Counted from the first letter of the stretch, positions 9,063 through 15,819 are shown. The stretch: 32,000 nt of DNA from Candidatus Pelagibacter sp. HTCC7211 (GCF_000155895.1 NZ_DS995298.1:150001-182000), one strand, 5' to 3'. Numbers and translations: made by a program. Notes: a model not told the origin generated them from the sequence alone.

Positions 9063-9921
9063 AAGTAAGACTGAAAAAAAAGTGAAAAAAAAAGTAGCCA
9101 AAAAAGTAATCAAAAAAGTCGTAAAACCAAAAAAAGTTAAAAAAGTTAAAAAAGTTGCAAAGAAAGTTGCGCCAAAAAAAATTTTAAAAAAAACTTCCTC
9201 TAAGACAACTAAGGTCAAAAAAATATCAAAAAAAAGTGAAATAAAGGAGGAAACAAAAGTAGATAATTTAAGAATTTCTAAAAGTAATGAGGTTAAGCCT
9301 GAAATAAAAAAAGTAAAAAAACAAGAAACTGAAAAAAGAGAATACAAAATTAAAGATCACGTTGTTTATCCTAAACATGGCGTTGGTCAAATTTCAGAAT
9401 TTAAAAAAATTAACATAGGTGGAATAGATGTTGAGACCTATGTAATAAAATTTGAAAAGGATAAAGCAAATGGTATGGTTCCAGTTAATAAACAATCACA
9501 TTTGAGACCTTTAGCTACCATCAATCAAGTAAATAAATGTATCTCTATTCTTAAGAGTAAACCAAAAATAAAAAGGTCAATGTGGAGTAGAAGAGCACAA
9601 GAATACGAAGCTAAAATCTCTTCGGGTAAAATTTATGAATTGGCAGAAGTTGTGAGAGATTTAAATAAAGGTGATGATCTTATGGTCGATCAATCTTATA
9701 GTGAAAGACAACTATTTGAAAAAGCTTATGAAAGAATATTATCTGAATTTCAGATAGTACTAAATATGTCACTAGAAGACACTCAAAAGAAGCTTGATAA
9801 AGCTTTGAAGAGAAATTTAGGTGGGCAAACTCAACCTGTTGCTTCTCCACCCAAAGCTTCTACTACAGAATTACCTGAGGAAGAACCTATCTCAGATACT
9901 GATGAAGATTTAGACGAATAA
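9019..9921 (+). CDS. cdnL: CarD/CdnL-family RNA-polymerase-binding regulator with a lysine-rich N-terminal extension and an acidic C-terminal tail (start codon uncertain)
   Basis: The core (from about [17 protein letters not shown] through [14 protein letters not shown] and [19 protein letters not shown]) matches the CarD_CdnL_TRCF family. It is preceded by about 100 aa of KKV/AKK repeats and followed by [17 protein letters not shown]. In-frame starts are ATG 8977, 9004 and 9019 (all overlap fdxA out of frame) or GTG 9082 (no overlap). I list 9019. Confidence 0.75.
   Translation: MSKISTKNILKKIFKSKTEKKVKKKVAKKVIKKVVKPKKVKKVKKVAKKVAPKKILKKTSSKTTKVKKISKKSEIKEETKVDNLRISKSNEVKPEIKKVKKQETEKREYKIKDHVVYPKHGVGQISEFKKINIGGIDVETYVIKFEKDKANGMVPVNKQSHLRPLATINQVNKCISILKSKPKIKRSMWSRRAQEYEAKISSGKIYELAEVVRDLNKGDDLMVDQSYSERQLFEKAYERILSEFQIVLNMSLEDTQKKLDKALKRNLGGQTQPVASPPKASTTELPEEEPISDTDEDLDE
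9130..9156 (+). repeat. In-frame 9-bp tandem repeat (AAAAAAGTT x3, encoding KKV) inside the cdnL lysine-rich region
   Basis: Read directly: three consecutive identical 9-mers at 9130-9138, 9139-9147 and 9148-9156, followed by the degenerate units gcaaagaaagtt gcg. Confidence 0.8.
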
Positions 9922-9962
9922 AAAAAACGCCTCTCATACAGATTGTAATGAGAAGCGTTTTT
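9921..9962. terminator. Bidirectional rho-independent terminator shared by cdnL (+) and the 35-aa basic ORF (-)
   Basis: ACGCCTCTCAT (9927-9937) pairs with ATGAGAAGCGT (9948-9958) with one C-A mismatch and a 10-nt loop. It is flanked by A7 on the left and T5 on the right, so each strand reads stem plus U-run. Confidence 0.75.
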
Positions 9963-9981
9963 AGTAAAGATTAGTAAATTA

Positions 9982-10089
9982 CTATCTTTTTCTTCTTTTA
10001 GCTTTTTTAGCCTTTTTTGCTTTTTTCTTAGTTTTCTTTGCTGCTTTTTTCTTAGTTTTTTTTGCAGCTTTTTTTCTTTTCTTAGGCAT
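9982..10089 (-). CDS. Unannotated 35-aa polybasic Lys/Ala-rich micro-protein (histone-H1-tail-like), MPKKRKKAAKKTKKKAAKKTKKKAKKAKKAKRRKR
   Basis: Below the ORF-track size cutoff. On the minus strand, ATG (10089-10087) is preceded by GGGAGCTAAAG (SD GGGAG, 5-nt spacing) and TAG lies at 9984-9982. Upstream there is a perfect -35 TTGACA (10170-10165) with an A/T-rich -10 17 nt away. The bidirectional terminator lies 20 nt downstream. The two 24-nt repeat units differ only at synonymous positions. Confidence 0.6.
   Translation of the reverse strand: MPKKRKKAAKKTKKKAAKKTKKKAKKAKKAKRRKR
10021..10068 (-). repeat. 24-nt tandem duplication (2 units, each encoding AAKKTKKK) inside the micro-ORF
   Basis: The minus strand reads gctgcaaaaaaaactaagaaaaaa / gcagcaaagaaaactaagaaaaaa. 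22/24 positions are identical, and both differences are synonymous third-position changes (GCT/GCA, AAA/AAG). Confidence 0.85.
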
Positions 10090-10113
10090 CTTTAGCTCCC
10101 TGTTTAAGTTTAA

Positions 10114-10130
10114 CGAATCAAATTGATTCG
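10114..10130. promoter_or_regulatory. 17-bp perfect palindrome CGAATCAA-A-TTGATTCG between the predicted promoter and the SD of the micro-ORF (operator or 5'-UTR hairpin)
   Basis: Arms 10114-10121 and 10123-10130 are exact reverse complements. The palindrome lies 24 nt upstream of the ATG and about 35 nt downstream of the TTGACA -35. It contains GAATC/GATTC. Confidence 0.4.
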
Positions 10131-10288
10131 CTGTTACTATATTTTTATTTTTTTATACAAGTTATGTCAATTCTTTAATTAAAACATAAATTTTAAAAAA
10201 ATTTTTTTTTATTTTTATTTTTTTAAAAATTTTTTTTAATTAATTTTGTTAATGTTTATGCGGTTAATAATCAGATTTTAAATGTAAT

Positions 10289-12019
10289 TTAATAAAGTTT
10301 TTCTAATTGATTTTTATATTTTTCAGTAACTTTTTTTCTTTTTACTTTCATTGTTGGTGTCATTAAACCATTTTCTATTGAGAAATTTTCATCTATTAAT
10401 TGAATTTTTTTTATTTTTTCTAATAAAGTTAATTTTTTATTTATTTTTTCAATTACATTATTAATTTTATCTTTTTCTCTTAAAAAATCTTTACTAGGCA
10501 CTATTAATGCAACTAAATAATTTTTTTTATCGCCATAAACCATACATTGATCTATTTCTGGTTCATTTGTAATCATATTTTCAATTTTGGCTGGTGAAAT
10601 GTTGTCTCCTCCTGCACTTACAATAATATCTTTTTTTCTATCTGTTATTTTTAAATACCCATCTTCAGGATCTATTTCTCCTATATCACCTGTATGAAGC
10701 CATCCATCAATTATAACTTCATCTGTCTCTTCTTTTTTATTCCAATACCCCAACATTACATTTTCCCCTTTAACTAAGATTTCCCCATCATCAGCAATTT
10801 TTACTTGGTTTCCTTGAAAAGGTGGTCCGACAGTTTCGACTTTTATCTTATCTATGGGGTTACAACTTACTACTGGTGATGTTTCTGTTAGACCATAACC
10901 TTGTAGTGTAGGCAGTCCTATGGAATTCAAAAATTCTCCTATTTCTTTATCTAGAGCACCTCCGCCTGAAACAAAAGCTTTTAGGTTTCCACCAAACTGT
11001 TTTTTTATTTTTTTTCTAACTAAAGCTTCAGTTATAATATTTACAAATTTTTCTAAAATAGTCATTTTTTGGTTTAATAATTTTTTCTTACCCAATCGAA
11101 TAGTTGCATCAATTAATTTAGCTTTAAAACCTGATTGTTTTTTTAAATTAATATTTATTTTGTTGTAAAGATTTTGATAGAATCTTGGAACTGCTGTCAT
11201 TATTGTGGGTTTTGCCACAGATATATTTTCTAGAAGTTTTTCTATTTTTTCTGCATAAAATACTTTTGCTCCTACAGCGATCTGGACAAATTGGACACTA
11301 TGCTCGTAAGAATGAGAGAGTGGAAGCCAAGTTAAAAATACTGGCCTTGAATCTATAAGTGGTTTTAAAATCTCAGATGCTCCCACAAGATTATTCAAAA
11401 TTCCACCATGACTTAAGATTACACCTTTTGGGTTACCCCCAGTTCCTGATGTATAAATTATACAGGCTGGTGAAGTTCTTTGTAATTTATTATTCTGTAT
11501 TTTATCTTCATCTAATAAATTATTTTTTATTATAGAATTAAAATTTAAATATTTTTCTTTATCTATTATGTTTAAGTCATTAGTTACTTTATTAACTTCA
11601 TCTAATGTTATTATTTTCTTTATAAATTTTTTTTCATTAATTGTATTATTCAATTTTTTAAGCATTTCATTGTTTGAAACAATTACTAAGCTAGGTTCAC
11701 AATCTTCAATTAAATATTTATAATCATCTTCTGTGTATGTTGTGTACGCAGGTACCGTAATTCCTCCTGACAACATAATTGCCATATCAGAAATAAACCA
11801 TTCTGGTCTATTTTCAGAGACTAAAAGGCATCTATCATCTTCTTTTATATTTTCTCTAATTATTTTTGATAATTTTAAAATATTATTTTGTGTTTCTTCC
11901 CATGTATATGTTTTTTTATTTAATGGATTTAGCCATTCTAAAAAAATATCTTTTTTATTTTGTTTGTCTACTTGAAGAGAAAATAGTTCAATTAAGTTAT
12001 TTAAGTTATCTAAATTCAT
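10289..12019 (-). CDS. Long-chain-fatty-acid--CoA ligase (AMP-dependent synthetase/ligase)
   Basis: It has the AMP-binding motifs YTSGTGGNPKGVILSH and GYGLTETSP, plus GWLHTGDIG. The track ORF starts at 12055, but that extension overlaps the tRNA. I use the internal ATG at 12019 (MNLDNLNNLIELF...). Confidence 0.85.
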   Translation of the reverse strand: MNLDNLNNLIELFSLQVDKQNKKDIFLEWLNPLNKKTYTWEETQNNILKLSKIIRENIKEDDRCLLVSENRPEWFISDMAIMLSGGITVPAYTTYTEDDYKYLIEDCEPSLVIVSNNEMLKKLNNTINEKKFIKKIITLDEVNKVTNDLNIIDKEKYLNFNSIIKNNLLDEDKIQNNKLQRTSPACIIYTSGTGGNPKGVILSHGGILNNLVGASEILKPLIDSRPVFLTWLPLSHSYEHSVQFVQIAVGAKVFYAEKIEKLLENISVAKPTIMTAVPRFYQNLYNKININLKKQSGFKAKLIDATIRLGKKKLLNQKMTILEKFVNIITEALVRKKIKKQFGGNLKAFVSGGGALDKEIGEFLNSIGLPTLQGYGLTETSPVVSCNPIDKIKVETVGPPFQGNQVKIADDGEILVKGENVMLGYWNKKEETDEVIIDGWLHTGDIGEIDPEDGYLKITDRKKDIIVSAGGDNISPAKIENMITNEPEIDQCMVYGDKKNYLVALIVPSKDFLREKDKINNVIEKINKKLTLLEKIKKIQLIDENFSIENGLMTPTMKVKRKKVTEKYKNQLEKLY

Positions 12020-12025
12020 TATTTC

Positions 12026-12110
12026 TGGTGGGCGAAGAGAGAATCGAACTCTCACTTCTTACGAAACACGATTTTGAGTCGTGCGCGTCTACCAGTTCCG
12101 CCATTCGCCC
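12026..12110 (-). tRNA. tRNA-Leu (anticodon CAA), 85 nt, with encoded CCA
   Basis: The minus strand reads GGGCGAATGGCGGAACTGGTAGACGCGCACGACTCAAAATCGTGTTTCGTAAGAAGTGAGAGTTCGATTCTCTCTTCGCCCACCA. The acceptor stem is GGGCGAA/TTCGCCC. The anticodon stem is CACGA/TCGTG with loop CTCAAAA. It has a long variable arm, and the T arm is GAGAG-TTCGATT-CTCTC. Confidence 0.92.
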
Positions 12111-12171
12111 TTAATATTTATTAAATTATATTTAAATAGTATAAGAACTAAATTTATATTAAAACCAAAAA

Positions 12172-12777
12172 ATGTTTCAAAGACTTTATAAAAAATGTTT
12201 GAATTTAGCTGGACATAAAAATTCAAACTTTTATTTAGGTCTTGTATCTTTTATTGAAAGTTCATTTTTTCCTATACCTCCAGATGTAATGATTATTCCA
12301 ATGGTAATTGCTAAAAAAAAAGCATTTATAAAAATATTTTTAATAGCTTCCATATTTTCAGTTTTAGGAGGTATTTTAGGATATCTAATTGGTTACCTAT
12401 TTTTTGATTTGGCAATGTATGTTATCGAGTTTTATAATTATGAAGATAAAGTTGAAAATTTAAAATCAAGCATGTCTAAAGGAAGTGGTTTCCTTGCATG
12501 GTTGAGTATACTTTTTTTAGCAGGCTTTACACCTTTGCCATATAAAGCTTTTACAATCTCGAGTGGCTTAATTGCATTTAATTTACCTATTTTTATAATT
12601 GTCAGTCTAGTTTCAAGGTCACTTAGATTTTTTATTGTTGCATTTCTATCCTATAAATTTGGCGAATTATTTACTGAATATATGAATAAACATGGATCAA
12701 AATGGTTTACTGTTATTGGAATTTTAATAGTTATAATCTTTGTATTTATATATTTATTTTTAAAACCTAATGGCTAA
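12172..12777 (+). CDS. YqaA/DedA-superfamily inner-membrane protein
   Basis: 201-aa polytopic ORF. The N-terminal SFIESSFFPIPPDVMIIPM motif is characteristic of YqaA-like (SNARE-associated/DedA-related) proteins. Confidence 0.65.
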   Translation: MFQRLYKKCLNLAGHKNSNFYLGLVSFIESSFFPIPPDVMIIPMVIAKKKAFIKIFLIASIFSVLGGILGYLIGYLFFDLAMYVIEFYNYEDKVENLKSSMSKGSGFLAWLSILFLAGFTPLPYKAFTISSGLIAFNLPIFIIVSLVSRSLRFFIVAFLSYKFGELFTEYMNKHGSKWFTVIGILIVIIFVFIYLFLKPNG

Positions 12778-13252
12778 AAACAGTAAAAATTTATTAATAA
12801 AACTTATCTTTTTAATCAGTATTGTTGCTTTAGCATCTGCGTTCTTTATTGAATATAAATTGGGTCATCAGCCTTGTAATCTTTGTATTTTAGAAAGAAT
12901 ACCATATCTGATAGCAATTATATTAATTTTATTAAATTATAAATTTAATCATTTTGAAAAATATTTTTTAATACTGCTTACAATTGTATTTTTTATTGCA
13001 ACTATTCTATCTTTATATCATTTAGGTATTGAGCAAGGTTTTATTCAAGAATCAATGGTTTGTGATCTTAAAAGTGGGTCAAATTTGTTATCAAAAGAAG
13101 ACATTTTAAAGCAATTACAAGAAAAAAGCGTTTCTTGCAAAGATGTAACATTTAAAATCTTTGGATTATCACTTACAACTTATAATATTTTAATATCTTT
13201 ATTAATTACAATATACACAGCAAAAATTTATTTAGATTATGACAAAAATTAA
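12770..13252 (+). CDS. DsbB-family disulfide bond formation protein
   Basis: 160-aa four-TM ORF. It has CNLCILERIPY (a CxxC in the first periplasmic loop followed by the conserved ER) and a second Cys pair (C...C) in the large loop. It overlaps the upstream gene by 8 nt. Confidence 0.7.
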   Translation: MAKNSKNLLIKLIFLISIVALASAFFIEYKLGHQPCNLCILERIPYLIAIILILLNYKFNHFEKYFLILLTIVFFIATILSLYHLGIEQGFIQESMVCDLKSGSNLLSKEDILKQLQEKSVSCKDVTFKIFGLSLTTYNILISLLITIYTAKIYLDYDKN

Positions 13253-13772
13253 TAATAAAAGAGTTGAAGAATTCATTAGAGTTGATCATGCAGGGGAAAG
13301 AGGTGCAATCAAAATTTATGAAGGTCAATTACTTGCTTTAAATACATTTATTAAAGACGATAGTTTAAAAAAAACTATTGAAGAAATGAAAGAACACGAA
13401 AAAGAACATTGTGAATTTTTTGAAAATGAAATAAAGAAAAGAAATATTCAACCAACAAAATTTTTACCTCTATGGGATTTATTGGGAGTGGGGTTAGGAT
13501 TTGGATCAACTTTATTGGGAAAAAAAGCTGCGATGCTTTGCACTGCCTCCGTGGAAGAAGTTATTGATAAACATTATCTCGACCAAATAAACCAACTTGG
13601 TAATTATGAAAAAAATCTTAAAAAAAAGATTATTAAATTTAGAGAAGATGAAATACATCACAAGGATATTGCTTATGACGAGGGTGCAACAAAAAAAGGT
13701 GCCTACTCAATATTAGATAAAATAATTAAAACTGGCTCTAAAATTGCAATAAATATCTCTGAAAAAATTTAA
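13239..13772 (+). CDS. coq7: Demethoxyubiquinone hydroxylase (COQ7 family di-iron carboxylate protein)
   Basis: 177-aa ORF. RVDHAGERGAIKIYEGQ, EEMKEHEKEH and EDEIHH are ExxH di-iron motifs typical of Coq7. Confidence 0.85.
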   Translation: MTKINNKRVEEFIRVDHAGERGAIKIYEGQLLALNTFIKDDSLKKTIEEMKEHEKEHCEFFENEIKKRNIQPTKFLPLWDLLGVGLGFGSTLLGKKAAMLCTASVEEVIDKHYLDQINQLGNYEKNLKKKIIKFREDEIHHKDIAYDEGATKKGAYSILDKIIKTGSKIAINISEKI

Positions 13773-14338
13773 GATTCTAACTCGACATCCCAATATAAAT
13801 AATCCATCCAACTTTTATGTAAAAAATTTGGAGGAAAGTTTTTGCCATTCTTATGTAAATCTTCAGTAGAGGGTCTGTATGGACTCTGGTTGAGTTTCAT
13901 TCCTGAAAATTTTAATAATTTTCCACCCTTTTTAACATTACAAGATGAACAAGCGGTTACTACATTATCCCAATTTGTTTCACCTCCTTTTGATCTTGGT
14001 AATAAATGATCAAAAGTTAACTCTTCACTACTTCCACAATATTGACATGAAAATTTATCTCTTAAAAAAACATTAAATCTTGTAAAACTAGGTTTGGTCT
14101 GTGGAATGATATAATCTTTCAGTGCAATAACACTAGGTAATTGCATATTAAATGAAGGACTTCTTATTATTCTGTCATAGTTGCTGACAATTATAACTCT
14201 ATCTAAAAAAACAGATTTAACAGTATCTTGCCATGACCATAAAGACAATGGGTAATAACTTAATGGCCTATAGTCAGCATTAAGAACTAAAGCTGGACAT
14301 TTTTCTAATGAAACATTTTGTTCAATAAAATTATTCAT
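13769..14338 (-). CDS. HNH endonuclease family protein
   Basis: 189-aa ORF with CQYCG...FDHLLPRSKGGETNWDNVVTACSSCNVKKG, a canonical HNH/zinc-finger motif. Confidence 0.8.
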   Translation of the reverse strand: MNNFIEQNVSLEKCPALVLNADYRPLSYYPLSLWSWQDTVKSVFLDRVIIVSNYDRIIRSPSFNMQLPSVIALKDYIIPQTKPSFTRFNVFLRDKFSCQYCGSSEELTFDHLLPRSKGGETNWDNVVTACSSCNVKKGGKLLKFSGMKLNQSPYRPSTEDLHKNGKNFPPNFLHKSWMDYLYWDVELES

Positions 14339-14385
14339 TAAGTGCTTTTAACTTAGTTGAACTATTTTATCAATATCAATAGATA

Positions 14386-15036
14386 TTAAGTTTTTTTTAA
14401 AATAAAATTAAGAGCTGTACTTGAGGCTTCTATAGGAATATGATGATCACAATTTTTTATTAAAAGTGTTTGAACTTCAACACTGTTTCTAATTAAAAAA
14501 TCTTTTGTCTCCAATAAATGTGTTGAAGGTACAATTTGATCAGCGTCACCATGAATTAATAAAGTTTCAGTATGGTTTTTAATTCTTAACTTTAAATTAT
14601 TTTGATCTATTATTTTTCCAGAAAAACCTACAATGCATAAAAATTTTTCTTCTGAAGTTAAACCAATATTAAGTGACATCATGCAGCCCTGGCTAAATCC
14701 TGATAAGCATATCTTGTCATTTGTTAAATTAAATTCTTTTTTAATTTCATCGATAAAAAGTTTAATTTTTTCCTCAGCTATCAATGATTGCTCAAGTATA
14801 TAACTTGAATCTTCTTTGGTGAGATCAAACCATTGGTATCCCGATGGATTTATAGAACAAGTTTCATGCCCATTCGGACAAATAAAAACTGTGTTTGGCA
14901 AATGTCTCTTCCAGTTTAAGGTCAACATACTAATATCATTGCCGTCCCCTCCATATCCATGAAGTAAAATAATTGCGTTTTTAATTTCAGTTCCTTCTTC
15001 CGGCTTTATTATTATTGAATCTAGGCAAAATGTCAT
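14386..15036 (-). CDS. Phospholipase/carboxylesterase-family alpha/beta hydrolase
   Basis: 216-aa ORF. It has LLHGYGGDG, the nucleophile elbow GFSQGCMMS, and downstream HGDADQIVP and a His in CDHHI. Confidence 0.8.
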   Translation of the reverse strand: MTFCLDSIIIKPEEGTEIKNAIILLHGYGGDGNDISMLTLNWKRHLPNTVFICPNGHETCSINPSGYQWFDLTKEDSSYILEQSLIAEEKIKLFIDEIKKEFNLTNDKICLSGFSQGCMMSLNIGLTSEEKFLCIVGFSGKIIDQNNLKLRIKNHTETLLIHGDADQIVPSTHLLETKDFLIRNSVEVQTLLIKNCDHHIPIEASSTALNFILKKT

Positions 15037-15085
15037 AGTTGATTAATTATGTTTTTTATTTTTTAAAACAATCTACAATATTTAT

Positions 15086-15289
15086 ATGTTTTCAGGAATA
15101 TTTGTTAAAATACTATCTATAGTACTTTTAATAGCTGTAGGAATAGTTTTAATTTTAGGAATTGGAACTCTCTTTAAAGGAGGTGAAACCAGCAAAAAAT
15201 ATTCAAATAAATTGATGCAACTTAGAGTTCTTCTTCAATTTATAGCAATACTTGTTCTTGTAGGGTTTGCTTATTTTTTTAAAAACTAA
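15086..15289 (+). CDS. HIG1-domain / twin-transmembrane-helix small protein
   Basis: 67-aa ORF with two TM helices separated by FKGGETSKKYSNKLMQLRV. This resembles the conserved alphaproteobacterial HIG1-like family (SN+LM+.RV). Confidence 0.6.
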   Translation: MFSGIFVKILSIVLLIAVGIVLILGIGTLFKGGETSKKYSNKLMQLRVLLQFIAILVLVGFAYFFKN

Positions 15290-15795
15290 TTGTAGGCTTT
15301 TAGCCAACCTATAAAATTTTCATCATCAAAATCTATTGATCCAATTATTCTTGCAAATTCATTTCCATCTTTATCAATAAGGATTGATGTTGGAACTCCA
15401 CGCAAACCAAATGTTTTTGCAAGTGTGGTTGGAGCATCAAAATATGGTTCAAGATTTTTAATATTTAAATCATCAAAAAAACTATCAATCTTATTAATAC
15501 TTTCTTTGGATATATTGATTAAAAAAATTTTTAAATTACTCAAATCTTTATTAATTTGTAGCCTATCTAAAGATGGCATTTCTTCTTTGCATGGCTCACA
15601 CCAGGTAGCCCAAAAATTTAATAAGATTAAATTCCCATTGAATTCATTTAAATTAATCCTTTTGTCCTTTTTGTCTAAAAAAATAACATTATCATAGAGT
15701 TTTGGTTCTTTATGAATGACAACATTTTTTATTTCAGATAAATCATTGGCAATGACATTAGTTGTCAAAAAAATAAATATTATTAAAAATCTCAT
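15286..15795 (-). CDS. TlpA/ResA-like periplasmic thiol:disulfide oxidoreductase
   Basis: 169-aa ORF with a signal/anchor peptide, the thioredoxin active site NFWATWCEPCKEEMP, and GVPTSILID. Confidence 0.8.
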   Translation of the reverse strand: MRFLIIFIFLTTNVIANDLSEIKNVVIHKEPKLYDNVIFLDKKDKRINLNEFNGNLILLNFWATWCEPCKEEMPSLDRLQINKDLSNLKIFLINISKESINKIDSFFDDLNIKNLEPYFDAPTTLAKTFGLRGVPTSILIDKDGNEFARIIGSIDFDDENFIGWLKAYN

Positions 15796-15819
15796 GTTAA
15801 ATAGATATAATTAAATACC

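Noticed and set aside
8775-9347. A 190-aa minus-strand ORF (F/L/T-rich) antisense to fdxA and cdnL. Also the other short antisense ORFs in the track: 532-747, 1995-2231, 7974-8156, 10920-11168, 11733-11975, 11866-12114, 15425-15697, 20415-20852, 22147-22362, 24316-24537, 25195-25410, 26110-26490, 27998-28210, 28497-28697, 29993-30187, 30279-30473, 30516-30719 and 31659-31871.
   Set aside because: Each lies entirely or mostly antisense to a well-supported conserved CDS, or across a tRNA or intergenic region. Each has low-complexity, Phe/Leu/Ile-rich composition, as expected from the complement of Lys/Asn/Glu-rich AT-biased genes. None shows a recognisable motif.
12020-12055. The longer start (12055) given by the ORF track for the acyl-CoA ligase.
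   Set aside because: The extra 12 codons (MRVRFSLRPPEI) are the reverse-strand read-through of the tRNA-Leu acceptor/T-arm. The conserved protein begins at the internal ATG, 12019.
13769-14338. The HNH endonuclease as a marker of a mobile element, homing endonuclease or defence system.
   Set aside because: It is a stand-alone 189-aa gene embedded between coq7 and a carboxylesterase. It has no methyltransferase, intein or intron context, terminal repeats, integrase or compositional break. It resembles the conserved stand-alone HNH protein seen in alphaproteobacterial cores.
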